Source: Candidatus Altimarinota bacterium
Lineage (GTDB): Bacteria > Patescibacteriota > Gracilibacteria > 1-14-2-50-48-13
Assembly (NCBI GenBank): GCA_046314355.1
Contig: JBKBWQ010000001.1
Coordinates: forward strand, 128,001 to 192,000
Direction of reading: 5' to 3'
DNA: 64,000 nucleotides
The notes below the pieces were generated by a model. It was not told the DNA's origin. It did not search any database and saw only the letters and a list, made by a program, of their open reading frames with translations. Within the stretch, counting starts at the first letter, position 1. Every line of letters starts with the position of its first letter. Positions 20,329 through 31,060 of the stretch are shown piece after piece. The translations under genes were made by a program, and so were the position numbers.

Positions 20329-21120
20329 ATGCTTTCATTGACTGCTTTTGCTCCTAAATCTCCCATGTTTATCCCGGAGATCAGCGGAGAGACTCTCAAG
20401 GAGGTAGAAAAAACCGTAAATGCCTTTTTAAAACTCTCTATTAAGATTCATGCACTGAATCCTGATTTTCTGGTATTAGTTTCTCCAGATGCACCGCTCC
20501 TTCATAATAGATTTTCTCTTGCAACAGGAGACTTTCTTGCACGTGTATTCTCATCAAACTTGAATCCAAATGATATTATAGAAATTACCACTCCAATTGC
20601 ATCAGGTGAAATTGCAAGTTTCTCTTCTATTGCTATGGAACAAAAGATCCAAATAGACCCATACACTCAGGAACATAATGTTGTGGCAATAGATAATGGC
20701 TCACTATCTCTGCTCTATTATCTTTCAAAGGTAAAATGCTTTCCGCAGACACTGCTGCTAGGTGTATCCGATATGGGAGTATCCAAGCATCAAAAACTTG
20801 GGAAAGCTATATCAGAATGGGCAGATCAAAAGACAGACAAGAAAGTTGCAGTGGTGTCATTTGGCGAGATAGGTCTTCTCAATGAAGAGCACTCATCTCT
20901 TTTTAAGGAAACTCTTGAAAGCGGTGAAATAAGTCCATATATAGAAAAAGGATCTCTTGAGGACGCTGTAAATAGCGGTTCAAATCTTTTTATGCCATTG
21001 GTAGTACTTGACTCTCTTATGAAAAACAATTGGAATACATCTCCAAAATTACATCTTCTCGGTGAAGATATGTATGACCATAAGGGGTTTTACACTGGAT
21101 ATTTTGAACAAACAAATTGA
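20329..21120 (+). CDS. LigB/MEMO-like (class III extradiol dioxygenase fold) protein, metal ligands degenerate
   Basis: APKSPMFIPEI, NPDFLVLVSPD, IDNGS, KKVAVVSFGEI align by eye to PHPP/SPH/DHG/ASGDLSH motifs. Confidence 0.6.
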   Translation: MLSLTAFAPKSPMFIPEISGETLKEVEKTVNAFLKLSIKIHALNPDFLVLVSPDAPLLHNRFSLATGDFLARVFSSNLNPNDIIEITTPIASGEIASFSSIAMEQKIQIDPYTQEHNVVAIDNGSLSLLYYLSKVKCFPQTLLLGVSDMGVSKHQKLGKAISEWADQKTDKKVAVVSFGEIGLLNEEHSSLFKETLESGEISPYIEKGSLEDAVNSGSNLFMPLVVLDSLMKNNWNTSPKLHLLGEDMYDHKGFYTGYFEQTN

Positions 21121-21267
21121 CTAAAAGCCTAAAAAAAGACAGAATACACCTACGTTAATCTGCCATTCTCACGATATCTGAGAATTCAATCTAAAAAGAT
21201 GGGACTATAATTTCATCTTTAGCTGTGCAGAAGCAAAATTAACTCATTTATTAATTTTTTCGTCTCT

Positions 21268-22560
21268 ATGGAAGTAACAGTAAAAAAACTTGAACATTCA
21301 CATCTTGAATTGACGATTACTGTGGATAGTATGACTTGGGAAAAAGCCAAGAAATCTGCACTTGAAAAACTAAAATCTCAGGTAAATATTCCTGGATTTA
21401 GAAAAGGACATGTCCCTGAGAAGATACTTCTTGCAAGATATGGTCATGAAATGGTGGAAGAGTATGCAAGCGAAGAAGCAATCAATCTCTCATATCCTGA
21501 AGCGATAGCGCAGGAAAAGCTCCAGATAGTAGAAAGACCACACGATCTTGAAGTTCTTTCAAAGAGTCCTTTCTCATATAAACTTGTGGTTGCTGTACTT
21601 CCAGAGATATCCATCGATGATACGTACAAGACAATGAAAATAAAGAAGGAAAAAGTTGAGGTATCTGACAAGGATGTAGAATCTGAGATTGAAGCACTTC
21701 AGAAGCGGATGACTACCTATGCTGAAGATAGTACGAAAAAAGCAGCTGCCGGAGATAAGCTTACTATCGATTTTGAGGGATTTGATCCAAAGGATGCGAA
21801 ACCACTTGAGGGTACACAAGGTAAAGATGCAGTATGTGTTATCGGAGAAAAAATGTATGTAACTGGATTTGAGGAAGCACTTATTGGAGCAAAGATGGGA
21901 GAGACAAAGGAATTTGAAGTTACATTCCCTGCAGATTATTTTCACGAGCCATTCAAAAATAAAGCTGTGAAGTTTGTGGTTACGGTGACTAAAGTTGAAA
22001 AGCAGGTACTCCCTGAGATTAATGAGGAGTATGTGGAGAAACTTACTGGAAAAAAACAGTCAGTGGCAGACTTCAAAAGCGATCTCAAAAAGAAGCTTCT
22101 AACGGAGAAGGAAAGCGCTGAGCGTCTTAGACAAGAGGATGCCTATCTTGATGAAGCTGTAAAGAAGTATCTTAAAGAGGACCTACCTCATTCTCTTGTA
22201 GATCAGGAGCTTGAGTATATGGTATCTAGCTGGAAAGAGCAGATTAAAAGTCAGGGGATGAAGCCTGAGGAATATCTTATGCATATACAGAAGTCTGAAG
22301 ATGATCTCAGAAAAGAGTGGCATCCAGATGCACACGCACGTGCAGCAAAGAGATTCATACTTTCTCTTTTACTAGAAAAGGAAAATGTAAAAGTCACTGA
22401 TGCAGATATTGAGAAAGAAGTAGATAAGATTGCAGAGAGATTTGAGAATCCAGACCATAAAGCAAAATTGAAAGAAATATATGCAAACAAAGCTACAGCA
22501 AGAGAGCAGATGGAAGGACGGCTTCAAATTCAGAAATTTTTTGATACAATTCTCGCCTAA
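21268..22560 (+). CDS. tig: Trigger factor
   Basis: IPGFRKGHVP ribosome-binding motif, FKBP-type domain GFEEALIG..EVTFPADY. Confidence 0.96.
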   Translation: MEVTVKKLEHSHLELTITVDSMTWEKAKKSALEKLKSQVNIPGFRKGHVPEKILLARYGHEMVEEYASEEAINLSYPEAIAQEKLQIVERPHDLEVLSKSPFSYKLVVAVLPEISIDDTYKTMKIKKEKVEVSDKDVESEIEALQKRMTTYAEDSTKKAAAGDKLTIDFEGFDPKDAKPLEGTQGKDAVCVIGEKMYVTGFEEALIGAKMGETKEFEVTFPADYFHEPFKNKAVKFVVTVTKVEKQVLPEINEEYVEKLTGKKQSVADFKSDLKKKLLTEKESAERLRQEDAYLDEAVKKYLKEDLPHSLVDQELEYMVSSWKEQIKSQGMKPEEYLMHIQKSEDDLRKEWHPDAHARAAKRFILSLLLEKENVKVTDADIEKEVDKIAERFENPDHKAKLKEIYANKATAREQMEGRLQIQKFFDTILA

Positions 22561-23201
22561 TGGCATATAAAGGAAAAATTGACCAGGTAAAAGAATATGA
22601 AAGTAAAGAGGGGTATGCAAAATATGCCCCTCTTTATAAAAAAGATCAGAATTTTCTCAATACCTTTGATCAGAAGATATTTCTACGGGAAGTGCGAGAC
22701 TTATCAGGATTAAAAATCCTGGATGCCGGATGCGGAGATGGTCGTCTCGTTCCGCTTTTAAAGAAGCGCGGAGCTGCAGATGTTACAGGAATTGATATCT
22801 CAGAGGAGATGCTCGCTGAAGCCAGAAAATTAGGATTTTATAAGGATCTTTTAGTGGAAGATATACGGCAGGAGATGTCCTTTGACTGGGATACTTTTGA
22901 TGCTGTCTTCTGCACACTTGTGATTGTCCATGTCTCAGAGAGAGACCTGCTGAAGGTATTTGACGAACTATTTAGAATCTTGAAACCAGGTGGTACTTTA
23001 TACTTAGGAAATATTGCCCAGCGAAGAGCTCCCATGCTCGAATCCAACGGTGAGAAGTTTTATATTAAATCTTATCAGCATTCAGATAAAAACGTGATTC
23101 AATATCTTGAACAGGCAGGGTTTATTGATATCCGTGTAAGTTCTCAGCAGGAAGAAGGAGTACTGATTGCAAGCCTCATCGTTGCTAAGAAAGAAGTTTG
23201 A
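22560..23201 (+). CDS. Class I SAM-dependent methyltransferase
   Basis: ILDAGCGDG, GIDISEEML, RILKPGG; TAATG-coupled to tig. Confidence 0.9.
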   Translation: MAYKGKIDQVKEYESKEGYAKYAPLYKKDQNFLNTFDQKIFLREVRDLSGLKILDAGCGDGRLVPLLKKRGAADVTGIDISEEMLAEARKLGFYKDLLVEDIRQEMSFDWDTFDAVFCTLVIVHVSERDLLKVFDELFRILKPGGTLYLGNIAQRRAPMLESNGEKFYIKSYQHSDKNVIQYLEQAGFIDIRVSSQQEEGVLIASLIVAKKEV

Positions 23202-23819
23202 TTATTTTCCAAGATCGATACCTTTTCCTTGAGCATAATCAGCAAGCATCTCAGCTAGAAGGGTTTGGATCATTTCATGCTTTTCTGTTTTTGCTATTCC
23301 TCTAGATGCTTCATGAGCTTTCATTGACTGAAGGATCATGTGTTCAATATGTTTTGGATTAGAGGCGTTAAAAAGTGTAACGTCATTATGATCTGAATGC
23401 TTAAGGAGCTGGATCTTTCCTTTGTTGAGTATCGTATTCCAGAATCCTTTTACCTCGTGTGCAATTCCCTCAAGTGTATCATATTCCATACGGATGACTT
23501 TTTTGCTGAAGATATTTGACCAGAAGTAATCTATAACTGCTTTATCCGTAATGACCCAGCAGTCAAAATACCAGAGAATAAATCTAAGGTAGAATCGTAT
23601 AAAGGAACAAATTGCTACTATTCCTCCCACAAGATGTGTGAAGTTATTTGCATGCACGCTACCTGAGAGTGCAATAGGGATCATAATACCTATTAAGACA
23701 TAGAGTATCGCATCTCTTAAAAGGACATACGTATGCACATGAGCCACATATATAATATTTTCTCCTTCCTGAAGATCTCCTTTAAAGACCTTACGTCCAA
23801 GTCGGGTATTATGAAACAT
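23202..23819 (-). CDS. Membrane protein with bacterial PH-like domain
   Basis: LQEGENII, two TM helices, WYFDCWVITDKAVI. Confidence 0.65.
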   Translation of the reverse strand: MFHNTRLGRKVFKGDLQEGENIIYVAHVHTYVLLRDAILYVLIGIMIPIALSGSVHANNFTHLVGGIVAICSFIRFYLRFILWYFDCWVITDKAVIDYFWSNIFSKKVIRMEYDTLEGIAHEVKGFWNTILNKGKIQLLKHSDHNDVTLFNASNPKHIEHMILQSMKAHEASRGIAKTEKHEMIQTLLAEMLADYAQGKGIDLGK

Positions 23820-24654
23820 GCTGAAGACGGTAAGCGGTTAGAGCATTTTTTATAAGCATACACACAGTTCCTGGACCAACTCCTCCGGGTACTGGGGCAT
23901 ATGCTTTGACTTTATTTTGTATATTCTCAGTATCAATATCACCTACGGCTTTGCCGTCACAGAAAGTGCATCCTACGTCAATAGTGACCGCGCTATCCTT
24001 GATCATATCTTCTGTGATCAGCTTTGGATTACCTGTAGCTGCTATGACAATGTCTCCGCTTAGGGTAATATCTTTTAATCCCTGTGTCTTGCTATTGCAA
24101 ACTGTTACGGTTGCACCTCGATTGATAAGTTCTACAGAGAGAGGTTTCCCTACAATATTGCTTCTTCCTATGATTACTGCATGTTTTCCTTCTACAGGGA
24201 TATTATACATTTCTAGTAGTTCTACAATCGCACGGGCGGTAGCAGGTGGAAGATACTCACCTGCTCCAAGAAAAAGTCTTCCAATATTGAGCGGATGAAA
24301 GCCATCGATATCTTTCTTCGGGGCAATTCTTTCAATGAGAGCCTGGCTATTAAGATGCTTTGGAAGAGGCATCTGTATAATATAACCAGTCATAGTCTGA
24401 TCGGCATTTAACTGATCCACAAGCTCCTCTAATTCTTCCTGTGTAATTGAAGTCTCTTTCTGAATAAGTACAAAATCATATCCTACTGACTCCGCAGCCT
24501 GCTGTTTTTTTCGAATATATGAAAGGGAAGCAGGATTATCTCCCACTAGTATGACGGCTATTTTGATATGCAGCTGTTCCTTTTCTACTACCTCACGTAT
24601 TTGAGTGAGTACCTTATCAGAAAAAGGTTTTCCAGCAATTTTTATAGGTTCCAT
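23809..24654 (-). CDS. folD: Methylenetetrahydrofolate dehydrogenase/cyclohydrolase
   Basis: VGDNPASLSYIRKK, KDIDGFHP, GRSNIVGKP, PVPGGVGP. Confidence 0.96.
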   Translation of the reverse strand: MEPIKIAGKPFSDKVLTQIREVVEKEQLHIKIAVILVGDNPASLSYIRKKQQAAESVGYDFVLIQKETSITQEELEELVDQLNADQTMTGYIIQMPLPKHLNSQALIERIAPKKDIDGFHPLNIGRLFLGAGEYLPPATARAIVELLEMYNIPVEGKHAVIIGRSNIVGKPLSVELINRGATVTVCNSKTQGLKDITLSGDIVIAATGNPKLITEDMIKDSAVTIDVGCTFCDGKAVGDIDTENIQNKVKAYAPVPGGVGPGTVCMLIKNALTAYRLQHVS

Positions 24655-24666
24655 TAACTGTAGGTT

Positions 24667-25542
24667 TTAAGAGCGGAATTCTTTTACTATTTCGATATTA
24701 TCCATTGGCCAGAAGAGCTGAAATACTGAAGGATTTCTCATATGTGCCGCTGCTTGACTAAAAGGCCAGAATACAAACCAGGCTTTTCCAATAATATTTG
24801 CTTTTGGTACAAAATGAATTGATGCATCATCCGTACATGCACGGTCATTCTGAGCGCCAAAACAGCTTCTCGAATCAGAGGAATGATCACGGTTGTCACC
24901 CATAACATAGTATTCTCCAGGCTTCACAGTAAAACTCTTTTTTTCCATACTTCTATAGTTGCAGATCCCTCTCTCACGGCTTGAAAGATCATTTGCCTGA
25001 TGCTGAGCCACACACTTTGTATATGGTTCTTCAAGAAGCTTACCATTGAGATATACATTATTGTTCTCATAGGATACAGTATCACCAGGCACACCGATGA
25101 TACGTTTGATATAGTACTCAGTTGTGTCGATGGGAGGATGGAAGACAATGACATCCCCACGCTCAGGAGATCCTATCTGATGTCCAAAGATATTTCCGTA
25201 ACCTATACGGTTAACCATGATCAGCTCATGATCCTGAAAAGACTCCTCCATAGAAGCACCGCTTACTATAAAAGGAGATACAACAAAATATTGTAGTGAC
25301 AAATATACGATCATCAAAAGAGATACTTCGATCACCGCATCAATCATCTCAAAAAGAAAGAGTCTTTTCTTTTCTTCCTCTGGTATATCTGTAGGAAGAG
25401 AATCTTCATTTACGATACTTATCTCTGATGCAATATTTTTTGATCTGTCATAGTTCGCAGATTCCTGCGTACTTCCCGTACCTCGCTCATGTGTTCTTTT
25501 TCGGATATCATTAAATTCCTGTAAGTCTTGATTTTCTTTCAT
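24667..25542 (-). CDS. lepB: Signal peptidase I
   Basis: SGASME, RGDVIVF, YIKRIIGVPGD, MGDNRDHSSDSR. Confidence 0.95.
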   Translation of the reverse strand: MKENQDLQEFNDIRKRTHERGTGSTQESANYDRSKNIASEISIVNEDSLPTDIPEEEKKRLFLFEMIDAVIEVSLLMIVYLSLQYFVVSPFIVSGASMEESFQDHELIMVNRIGYGNIFGHQIGSPERGDVIVFHPPIDTTEYYIKRIIGVPGDTVSYENNNVYLNGKLLEEPYTKCVAQHQANDLSSRERGICNYRSMEKKSFTVKPGEYYVMGDNRDHSSDSRSCFGAQNDRACTDDASIHFVPKANIIGKAWFVFWPFSQAAAHMRNPSVFQLFWPMDNIEIVKEFRS

Positions 25543-25605
25543 AGCAAATGTAAATAATAGTGCAGGGTCAGTATAGTAGAACTTCTAGTTTTTCTCAACA
25601 CACTT

Positions 25606-26637
25606 GTGAAAAAAGAAACAGATAGCGAACAAGGCAGCAAAAGGAATATACTTTTTTTTACAGGAGATAATCTACCTGCTATTTCAGATGCACTGCATAA
25701 GGAAAAACTAAAATTTATAGAGACTTGCGGAGATTTAAATATCAATGAGTTTCATGTGGATGAAATAGGAGATGCTGGAGAACTAAAGTCCTCTTTATAT
25801 GCTATGCCGTTTTTGAGTGACAAGAGACTTGTAATAATTAAAGGATTTCCTTTTTCTTCAGAATTTGTGGAACAACATAAAAAGGATAGTGCTGAAAAAA
25901 AGAAAAAATTTGATCACATTGAAGAGACTATTCTGCAAGCCTTTACCGATCTTCCGGAGCAAACAATGCTTGTACTCTCATCTCCTCGGCCAGATGGTAG
26001 AAGAAAAGCCTCAAAAGAAACATTAAAAATAGCAAAGGTGCTCTCTTTTTCTGTAGCAGATCTCGTACCATTGATGGAGGAGAGATTTAAGGATGTCTTC
26101 ACGAAGCAGCAGCTTACATATATTTTTCAAAGAGTTGGAGAGAATCCACATGTCTATATTTCATCACTGGAAAAGCTTGCACTCTATTCTGAGACACATC
26201 CTCTTACAAAAGAGGTGATGTTCCGTCTTGTTCCAGCGAGTATTGAAGAGGAAGTATTTTCTTTTATTGAGGTACTTTTTTCCAAAAGAAGACAAGAAGC
26301 TCTTAAAATTTTTGAACAGCTTATTGTCCAAGGAGAAAATATTCTGAAGCTCCTGGGACTTATCGTCTGGCAGCTGGAACAGGTCTTTTTTGTGAAAGAA
26401 CTTATGGAAAGGCGGATTCAAAGACAGGAAATATTGGATATCACAGGCATTAAACCATTTTCATATCAGAAGGTGTTGCCTCTTGCTCAGAAGGTAAGCC
26501 TAAAAGATATAGCAAAGCTTTATGAAAGCCTGGTACATTTTGACCGTAAACTAAAAAATGGAACAATCCAGATGGAAAGAGATGTGCCCACAGAAGTAAT
26601 TCAAGGATTTAGCGAAGTAATTCTAAAGGTCTTTTAG
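25606..26637 (+). CDS. holA: DNA polymerase III delta subunit
   Basis: MPFLSDKRLVIIK, LEKLALY, DRKLKNG. Confidence 0.85.
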   Translation: MKKETDSEQGSKRNILFFTGDNLPAISDALHKEKLKFIETCGDLNINEFHVDEIGDAGELKSSLYAMPFLSDKRLVIIKGFPFSSEFVEQHKKDSAEKKKKFDHIEETILQAFTDLPEQTMLVLSSPRPDGRRKASKETLKIAKVLSFSVADLVPLMEERFKDVFTKQQLTYIFQRVGENPHVYISSLEKLALYSETHPLTKEVMFRLVPASIEEEVFSFIEVLFSKRRQEALKIFEQLIVQGENILKLLGLIVWQLEQVFFVKELMERRIQRQEILDITGIKPFSYQKVLPLAQKVSLKDIAKLYESLVHFDRKLKNGTIQMERDVPTEVIQGFSEVILKVF

Positions 26638-26651
26638 ACCATACGTTTTTG

Positions 26652-26701
26652 ATATAAAAAGAAAGAGCAGATCAATATAAGTCAGCTCTTTCTTTTTATA
26701 T
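26652..26701. terminator. Bidirectional intrinsic terminator
   Basis: atataaaaagaaagagc...gctctttctttttatat. Confidence 0.8.
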
Positions 26702-26711
26702 TTTCAGAAGG

Positions 26712-27518
26712 TTACCCCGTGATTTTTGGAAGCTTCTTTGTAAAGAGATATACGGCAAAAGCCATACCTACAATTGCTCCATACTGATTGATGGTGACAT
26801 CAAAAAGACGCATAATATTGTCATTTCCTCTTAGGAATTCTATAAGAAAACTCTGAAGTGAAAGAAGGAATAGTCCTAGAGTTCCCACAACACCATCTAC
26901 TTTTACTTTTTTAGATATTTCAAAAAGTATAAAGAATATGATCAAGCTTACGATTGCTCCGTAGAGCTGGATCGGATGTATCGGAATGATGTAGCTTGCT
27001 GCTGCATAAGAATAGTTTGGATCCCCTGTAAAAAGCAGCCCGGGAAATGAAGGTGAAGGTTTTCCTACGAAATATCCTCCAAGAAAACTTCCTATATAGC
27101 CAAATACGAAGGCAAGACTGAGAGAAGGAAGGATAACATCCATCCATTTCAGAAGAGGCTCAGCATGTTTTTTTGCGTAAAAGTAGAACAGCAGAGTAAA
27201 AGCTATGAGACCTCCTATGACGTAGAACTGCTCGATATTGAAAAGATATTTGAATACAGCAAAGTAGTCTCCTTGTCCGATACTGGACATGATGTATGTC
27301 CAAAGAACATCATAATTAAATATCCAATAGAGCAGTTTTGCTCCAAGAATAGTTGAGAGAAAAAGTGAGAAAATATGATTAGAAAAGAACTCCATTTCGA
27401 GTCCTTTTTTATGTGTCAGCTTCACTAGCACAACCATGAATACTACAAAAGCTATAGTCAAAAAAAGCCCAAAGGACGTGATAATGATATTATTATAATG
27501 AAGCAGAATAGGGTACAT
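26712..27518 (-). CDS. lgt: Prolipoprotein diacylglyceryl transferase (Lgt) family protein, divergent
   Basis: MYPIL, LGAKLLY, HPIQLY, IEFLRG, multi-TM; key Arg residues appear substituted. Confidence 0.75.
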   Translation of the reverse strand: MYPILLHYNNIIITSFGLFLTIAFVVFMVVLVKLTHKKGLEMEFFSNHIFSLFLSTILGAKLLYWIFNYDVLWTYIMSSIGQGDYFAVFKYLFNIEQFYVIGGLIAFTLLFYFYAKKHAEPLLKWMDVILPSLSLAFVFGYIGSFLGGYFVGKPSPSFPGLLFTGDPNYSYAAASYIIPIHPIQLYGAIVSLIIFFILFEISKKVKVDGVVGTLGLFLLSLQSFLIEFLRGNDNIMRLFDVTINQYGAIVGMAFAVYLFTKKLPKITG

Positions 27519-27667
27519 AAGTGAGATTACTAGTAAAGTCGTTCTCTATATTTGCAGGCACTATAGATCTTTCTTATTCAAAAGTCAAAAATGAGTGATT
27601 GACGAAAATTTTCCTTGCAAAGAGTTACAGCTGTTTTAGACTAGAGCTACTATATTTAAATATATTT

Positions 27668-30600
27668 ATGAGTCTGCCCTTTGAAGAACGTTTAGAAAAA
27701 CTCAATGAAGCCCAGCGGTTAGCAGTCGAAACAATTGAAGGACCAGTCATGGTAGTGGCTGGACCAGGATCAGGAAAAACCGAACTCTTGAGTCTCAGAG
27801 TAGCAAATATCTTAAATAAAACGGATACTTTGCCAGGATCTATTTTATGTCTGACCTTTACTGAATCAGGAGCAGTGAATATGAGAAAACGGCTTGCAGG
27901 TCTCATTGGGAATGCAGCATACCATGTAGCAATTCATACTTTTCATAGCTTTGGTACAGAAGTAATAGGACAGAATAGAGAATATTTTTACCAGGGGGCT
28001 GAGTTTAACCCTGCAGATGAGATAGTAAAAATGGAAGTACTGCATGATATCTTTGAAAATCTCCGTTTTGATAATCCTCTGAAGTCTAAGCATCCTGAAC
28101 AGGGATATGTATATCTTGAAGGCGTAAAGTCACGTATTACTGATTTAAAAAAAGGCGGTTTAAAACCTGAAGAATTCAAAGATATACTTGAAGCGAATAA
28201 GATTTTCCTTGAGATGACAGGTCCTATTCTTAGCAGCTTTTTTGGAGAAAGGATTTCAAAAGCTATTATAGATAAGATGCCGGGACTCGTAGCACAGATC
28301 GCAGAAATGCCTGTCAAAAATGCAGTCAGATCCGATATTTTTCCAAGTCTGAGAGAAGTGGTGCTTGAGAGTTTTCGCCCACTGCTTACTGCGGACTCTA
28401 CGAAACCTTTTACTGAATGGAAGAAAAAGTACTTGGTAAAGGATAAAGATGGAGTAAATATTTTAAAGGATCAGAAAAATCTTGAGAAATTCTTTGCCCT
28501 TAGTGAAATCTATCAAAGTTACCAGGAAGAACTTCATAAAAGAGGCTATTTTGATTTTGATGATATGCTTCTTGATACCGCAAGCGCGTTAGAAATGCAT
28601 GCAGACTTTAGACTCGCACTTCAGGAAAAGTATCTCTATATACTGGTAGATGAATTTCAAGATACAAATGGAGTTCAGATGAGGCTTCTGGATAATCTTT
28701 TAAATATGGAACTCTCCGGCGGAAGACCGAATATTCTTGCAGTTGGGGATGATGATCAGGCGATTTTTAAATTTCAGGGGGCAAATCTTGAAAATATTTT
28801 AGGATTTCACAAAAAATTTAGAGATCCAACTTTTATTACCTTGATTCATAATTACAGATCAACACAAGCGATCTTAGATCTCGCTAGAAAAGTGATCCTG
28901 CAGGGAGAAGATAGATTGGAGATGCATATGCCTGATGTTGCGAAAACTCTGATTTCATCAAATAGCACGTTACCTGAGGGATATATTAAAGAGCAGAATT
29001 TTCAGACAATCCTCCATGAACTGATCTGGGTAGCGGAAGAAATCAAACGTAAGATAGAGATAGAAAAAGTAAATCCAAGCGAAATAGCCGTGATTGCAAG
29101 AAAGCATGGAAATCTGAAAGATATAGTGCGTATTCTTGAACTCTATAAGATACCTATTTCTTATGAAAGAAAGCAGAACGTATTTGATCAGCCACATATC
29201 CAGCAGCTCATATGCATGATCAGATATATAGATAGTTTGATGAAGGTAGGTGACGCACCTGCAGATGAGTATCTTCCTCAAATTCTGAGTTATGACTTCT
29301 GGCAGATCGATGAACTCACTATATGGGAATTGTCCCGTAAGGCTCATGATGAGAGAAAACCTTGGATAAGCATTATGCTTGCCTCAGAAAATCAAAAACT
29401 TCAAGATATAGCTAAATTTTTTATTAAGCTGAAAAAAGATTCTGCCTCTGAAACAGCAGAAACTATTATAGATTGTCTGTTGGGAGTAGCGGAAAGTCCT
29501 GAGGACGAAGACGGAGAGATAGACGAAAACCCCAAGGAGGTGTGTGAACCGCTGGAAAATAATAATTTTTCTAGTCCCTATAAAGAATATTATTTCAATG
29601 AAAGAAAATTTGAAACTGCGAGAGAAGAATATCTGACTTTTCTTTCCAATCTTCAAACATTTATCAACAAAATCAGAAGTCACCGGAAAAAAGAAGTACT
29701 CTCTATCACAGATATTGTAGCATTTGTGGATCTGCATCAGCAGTATAGAATTCCCGTTACAGATACAAGTCCCTTTAATACAAGTACACATGCTGTACAG
29801 CTTCTCACTGCCCATAAGGCAAAGGGACTGGAGTTTGATACAGTGTTTGTGATCTCATGTATAGAAGAATGCTGGATTGAAAAAGCCAGAGGTCAGACTG
29901 TGGGTCTCCCAAGTAATCTGCCCCTTATCCCTGAGTCAGATACAGTAGATGATAAGCTTCGTCTTTTCTTCGTGGCAATCACACGTGCAAAGTGCAACCT
30001 TTATCTTACCTATCACGATTTTGCGCTCAACGGCAAAGAGACTATGAAGCTAAGATTTATACAGGACACTCATGAAGAAAAAGGAAAAAGAGAAAAGCTT
30101 GGTGAAGAACAGATGAGTCTCATGCTTCAAGGAGCAATGGCAAACTTGGATATTGATAAGAAAAAAGTATTGGAGACTTGGTTCTTTATGCAGAGTGCGA
30201 AGCCTCTTGAAAATGATAAAATGGAGCTTTTAAGAAATGTCCTGAAAGACTATAAAATGAGTGTGACTCACCTCAATAATTTTCTTGATGTAACACACGC
30301 AGGTCCGCAAGTCTTCCTTGAGCAGAACCTTCTGCAGTTCCCAAAGAGCAAAAATAAAAGTGCTTCCTACGGTACTGCGATGCATGCAGCGATTCAGAAT
30401 TTCTATCAGGAGTTTAAAAGAACTCGAATTTTACCGCCACTATCCTTGCTTCTCAAAGAGTTTGAAAACTGTCTGAAAAATCAGAGACTCAACGAAAAAA
30501 ACTATAAAGAGATGCTTGAAAAGGGTATATCTATGCTGGAAGTGTATTATGAAAACAGAAAAAATTTCTTTGACTGGAAGGATCTCCTGGAGGTCAACTT

Positions 30601-31051
30601 TGCCTCTCAGGGAGTCAAAATCGGTGATGCAGAGATCACTGGAAAGATAGATAAGATGCATATTGATGAGGCTACCCATCAGATAGGAGTGTATGATTTC
30701 AAAACAGGAAAATGTTTCTTTGACTGGAATACGAGGGGAAATCCTTTTGATGAAGTAAAGCTTTGGAAATACAGACAGCAGCTGCTGTTTTATAAAGTAC
30801 TTGTAGAAAATTCAAGCCGCTTTGCAAAGAATTACCGTGTAGATCATGGGTATCTCGAGTTCTTAGAATGTGATCACAAAAAACGGATAGCTTTATTGGA
30901 ATGGAGTATTAGTGACGAGGAAGTAGAGAAGATGAAGAAACTTATTCAGGTAGTGTATGAGAAGATTATGAATTTGGACTTTCCTGATGTGAGTGGATAT
31001 GAAAAGAATATGAAAGGAATAACGAAATTTATGGAAGATTTACTTGGGTAA
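27668..31051 (+). CDS. UvrD/PcrA-family helicase with C-terminal PD-(D/E)XK nuclease
   Basis: AGPGSGKT, VDEFQD, VGDDDQAI, TAHKAKGLEF, FVAITRAK; GKIDK..YDFKTG. Confidence 0.92.
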   Translation: MSLPFEERLEKLNEAQRLAVETIEGPVMVVAGPGSGKTELLSLRVANILNKTDTLPGSILCLTFTESGAVNMRKRLAGLIGNAAYHVAIHTFHSFGTEVIGQNREYFYQGAEFNPADEIVKMEVLHDIFENLRFDNPLKSKHPEQGYVYLEGVKSRITDLKKGGLKPEEFKDILEANKIFLEMTGPILSSFFGERISKAIIDKMPGLVAQIAEMPVKNAVRSDIFPSLREVVLESFRPLLTADSTKPFTEWKKKYLVKDKDGVNILKDQKNLEKFFALSEIYQSYQEELHKRGYFDFDDMLLDTASALEMHADFRLALQEKYLYILVDEFQDTNGVQMRLLDNLLNMELSGGRPNILAVGDDDQAIFKFQGANLENILGFHKKFRDPTFITLIHNYRSTQAILDLARKVILQGEDRLEMHMPDVAKTLISSNSTLPEGYIKEQNFQTILHELIWVAEEIKRKIEIEKVNPSEIAVIARKHGNLKDIVRILELYKIPISYERKQNVFDQPHIQQLICMIRYIDSLMKVGDAPADEYLPQILSYDFWQIDELTIWELSRKAHDERKPWISIMLASENQKLQDIAKFFIKLKKDSASETAETIIDCLLGVAESPEDEDGEIDENPKEVCEPLENNNFSSPYKEYYFNERKFETAREEYLTFLSNLQTFINKIRSHRKKEVLSITDIVAFVDLHQQYRIPVTDTSPFNTSTHAVQLLTAHKAKGLEFDTVFVISCIEECWIEKARGQTVGLPSNLPLIPESDTVDDKLRLFFVAITRAKCNLYLTYHDFALNGKETMKLRFIQDTHEEKGKREKLGEEQMSLMLQGAMANLDIDKKKVLETWFFMQSAKPLENDKMELLRNVLKDYKMSVTHLNNFLDVTHAGPQVFLEQNLLQFPKSKNKSASYGTAMHAAIQNFYQEFKRTRILPPLSLLLKEFENCLKNQRLNEKNYKEMLEKGISMLEVYYENRKNFFDWKDLLEVNFASQGVKIGDAEITGKIDKMHIDEATHQIGVYDFKTGKCFFDWNTRGNPFDEVKLWKYRQQLLFYKVLVENSSRFAKNYRVDHGYLEFLECDHKKRIALLEWSISDEEVEKMKKLIQVVYEKIMNLDFPDVSGYEKNMKGITKFMEDLLG

Positions 31052-31060
31052 AGAAAATAA

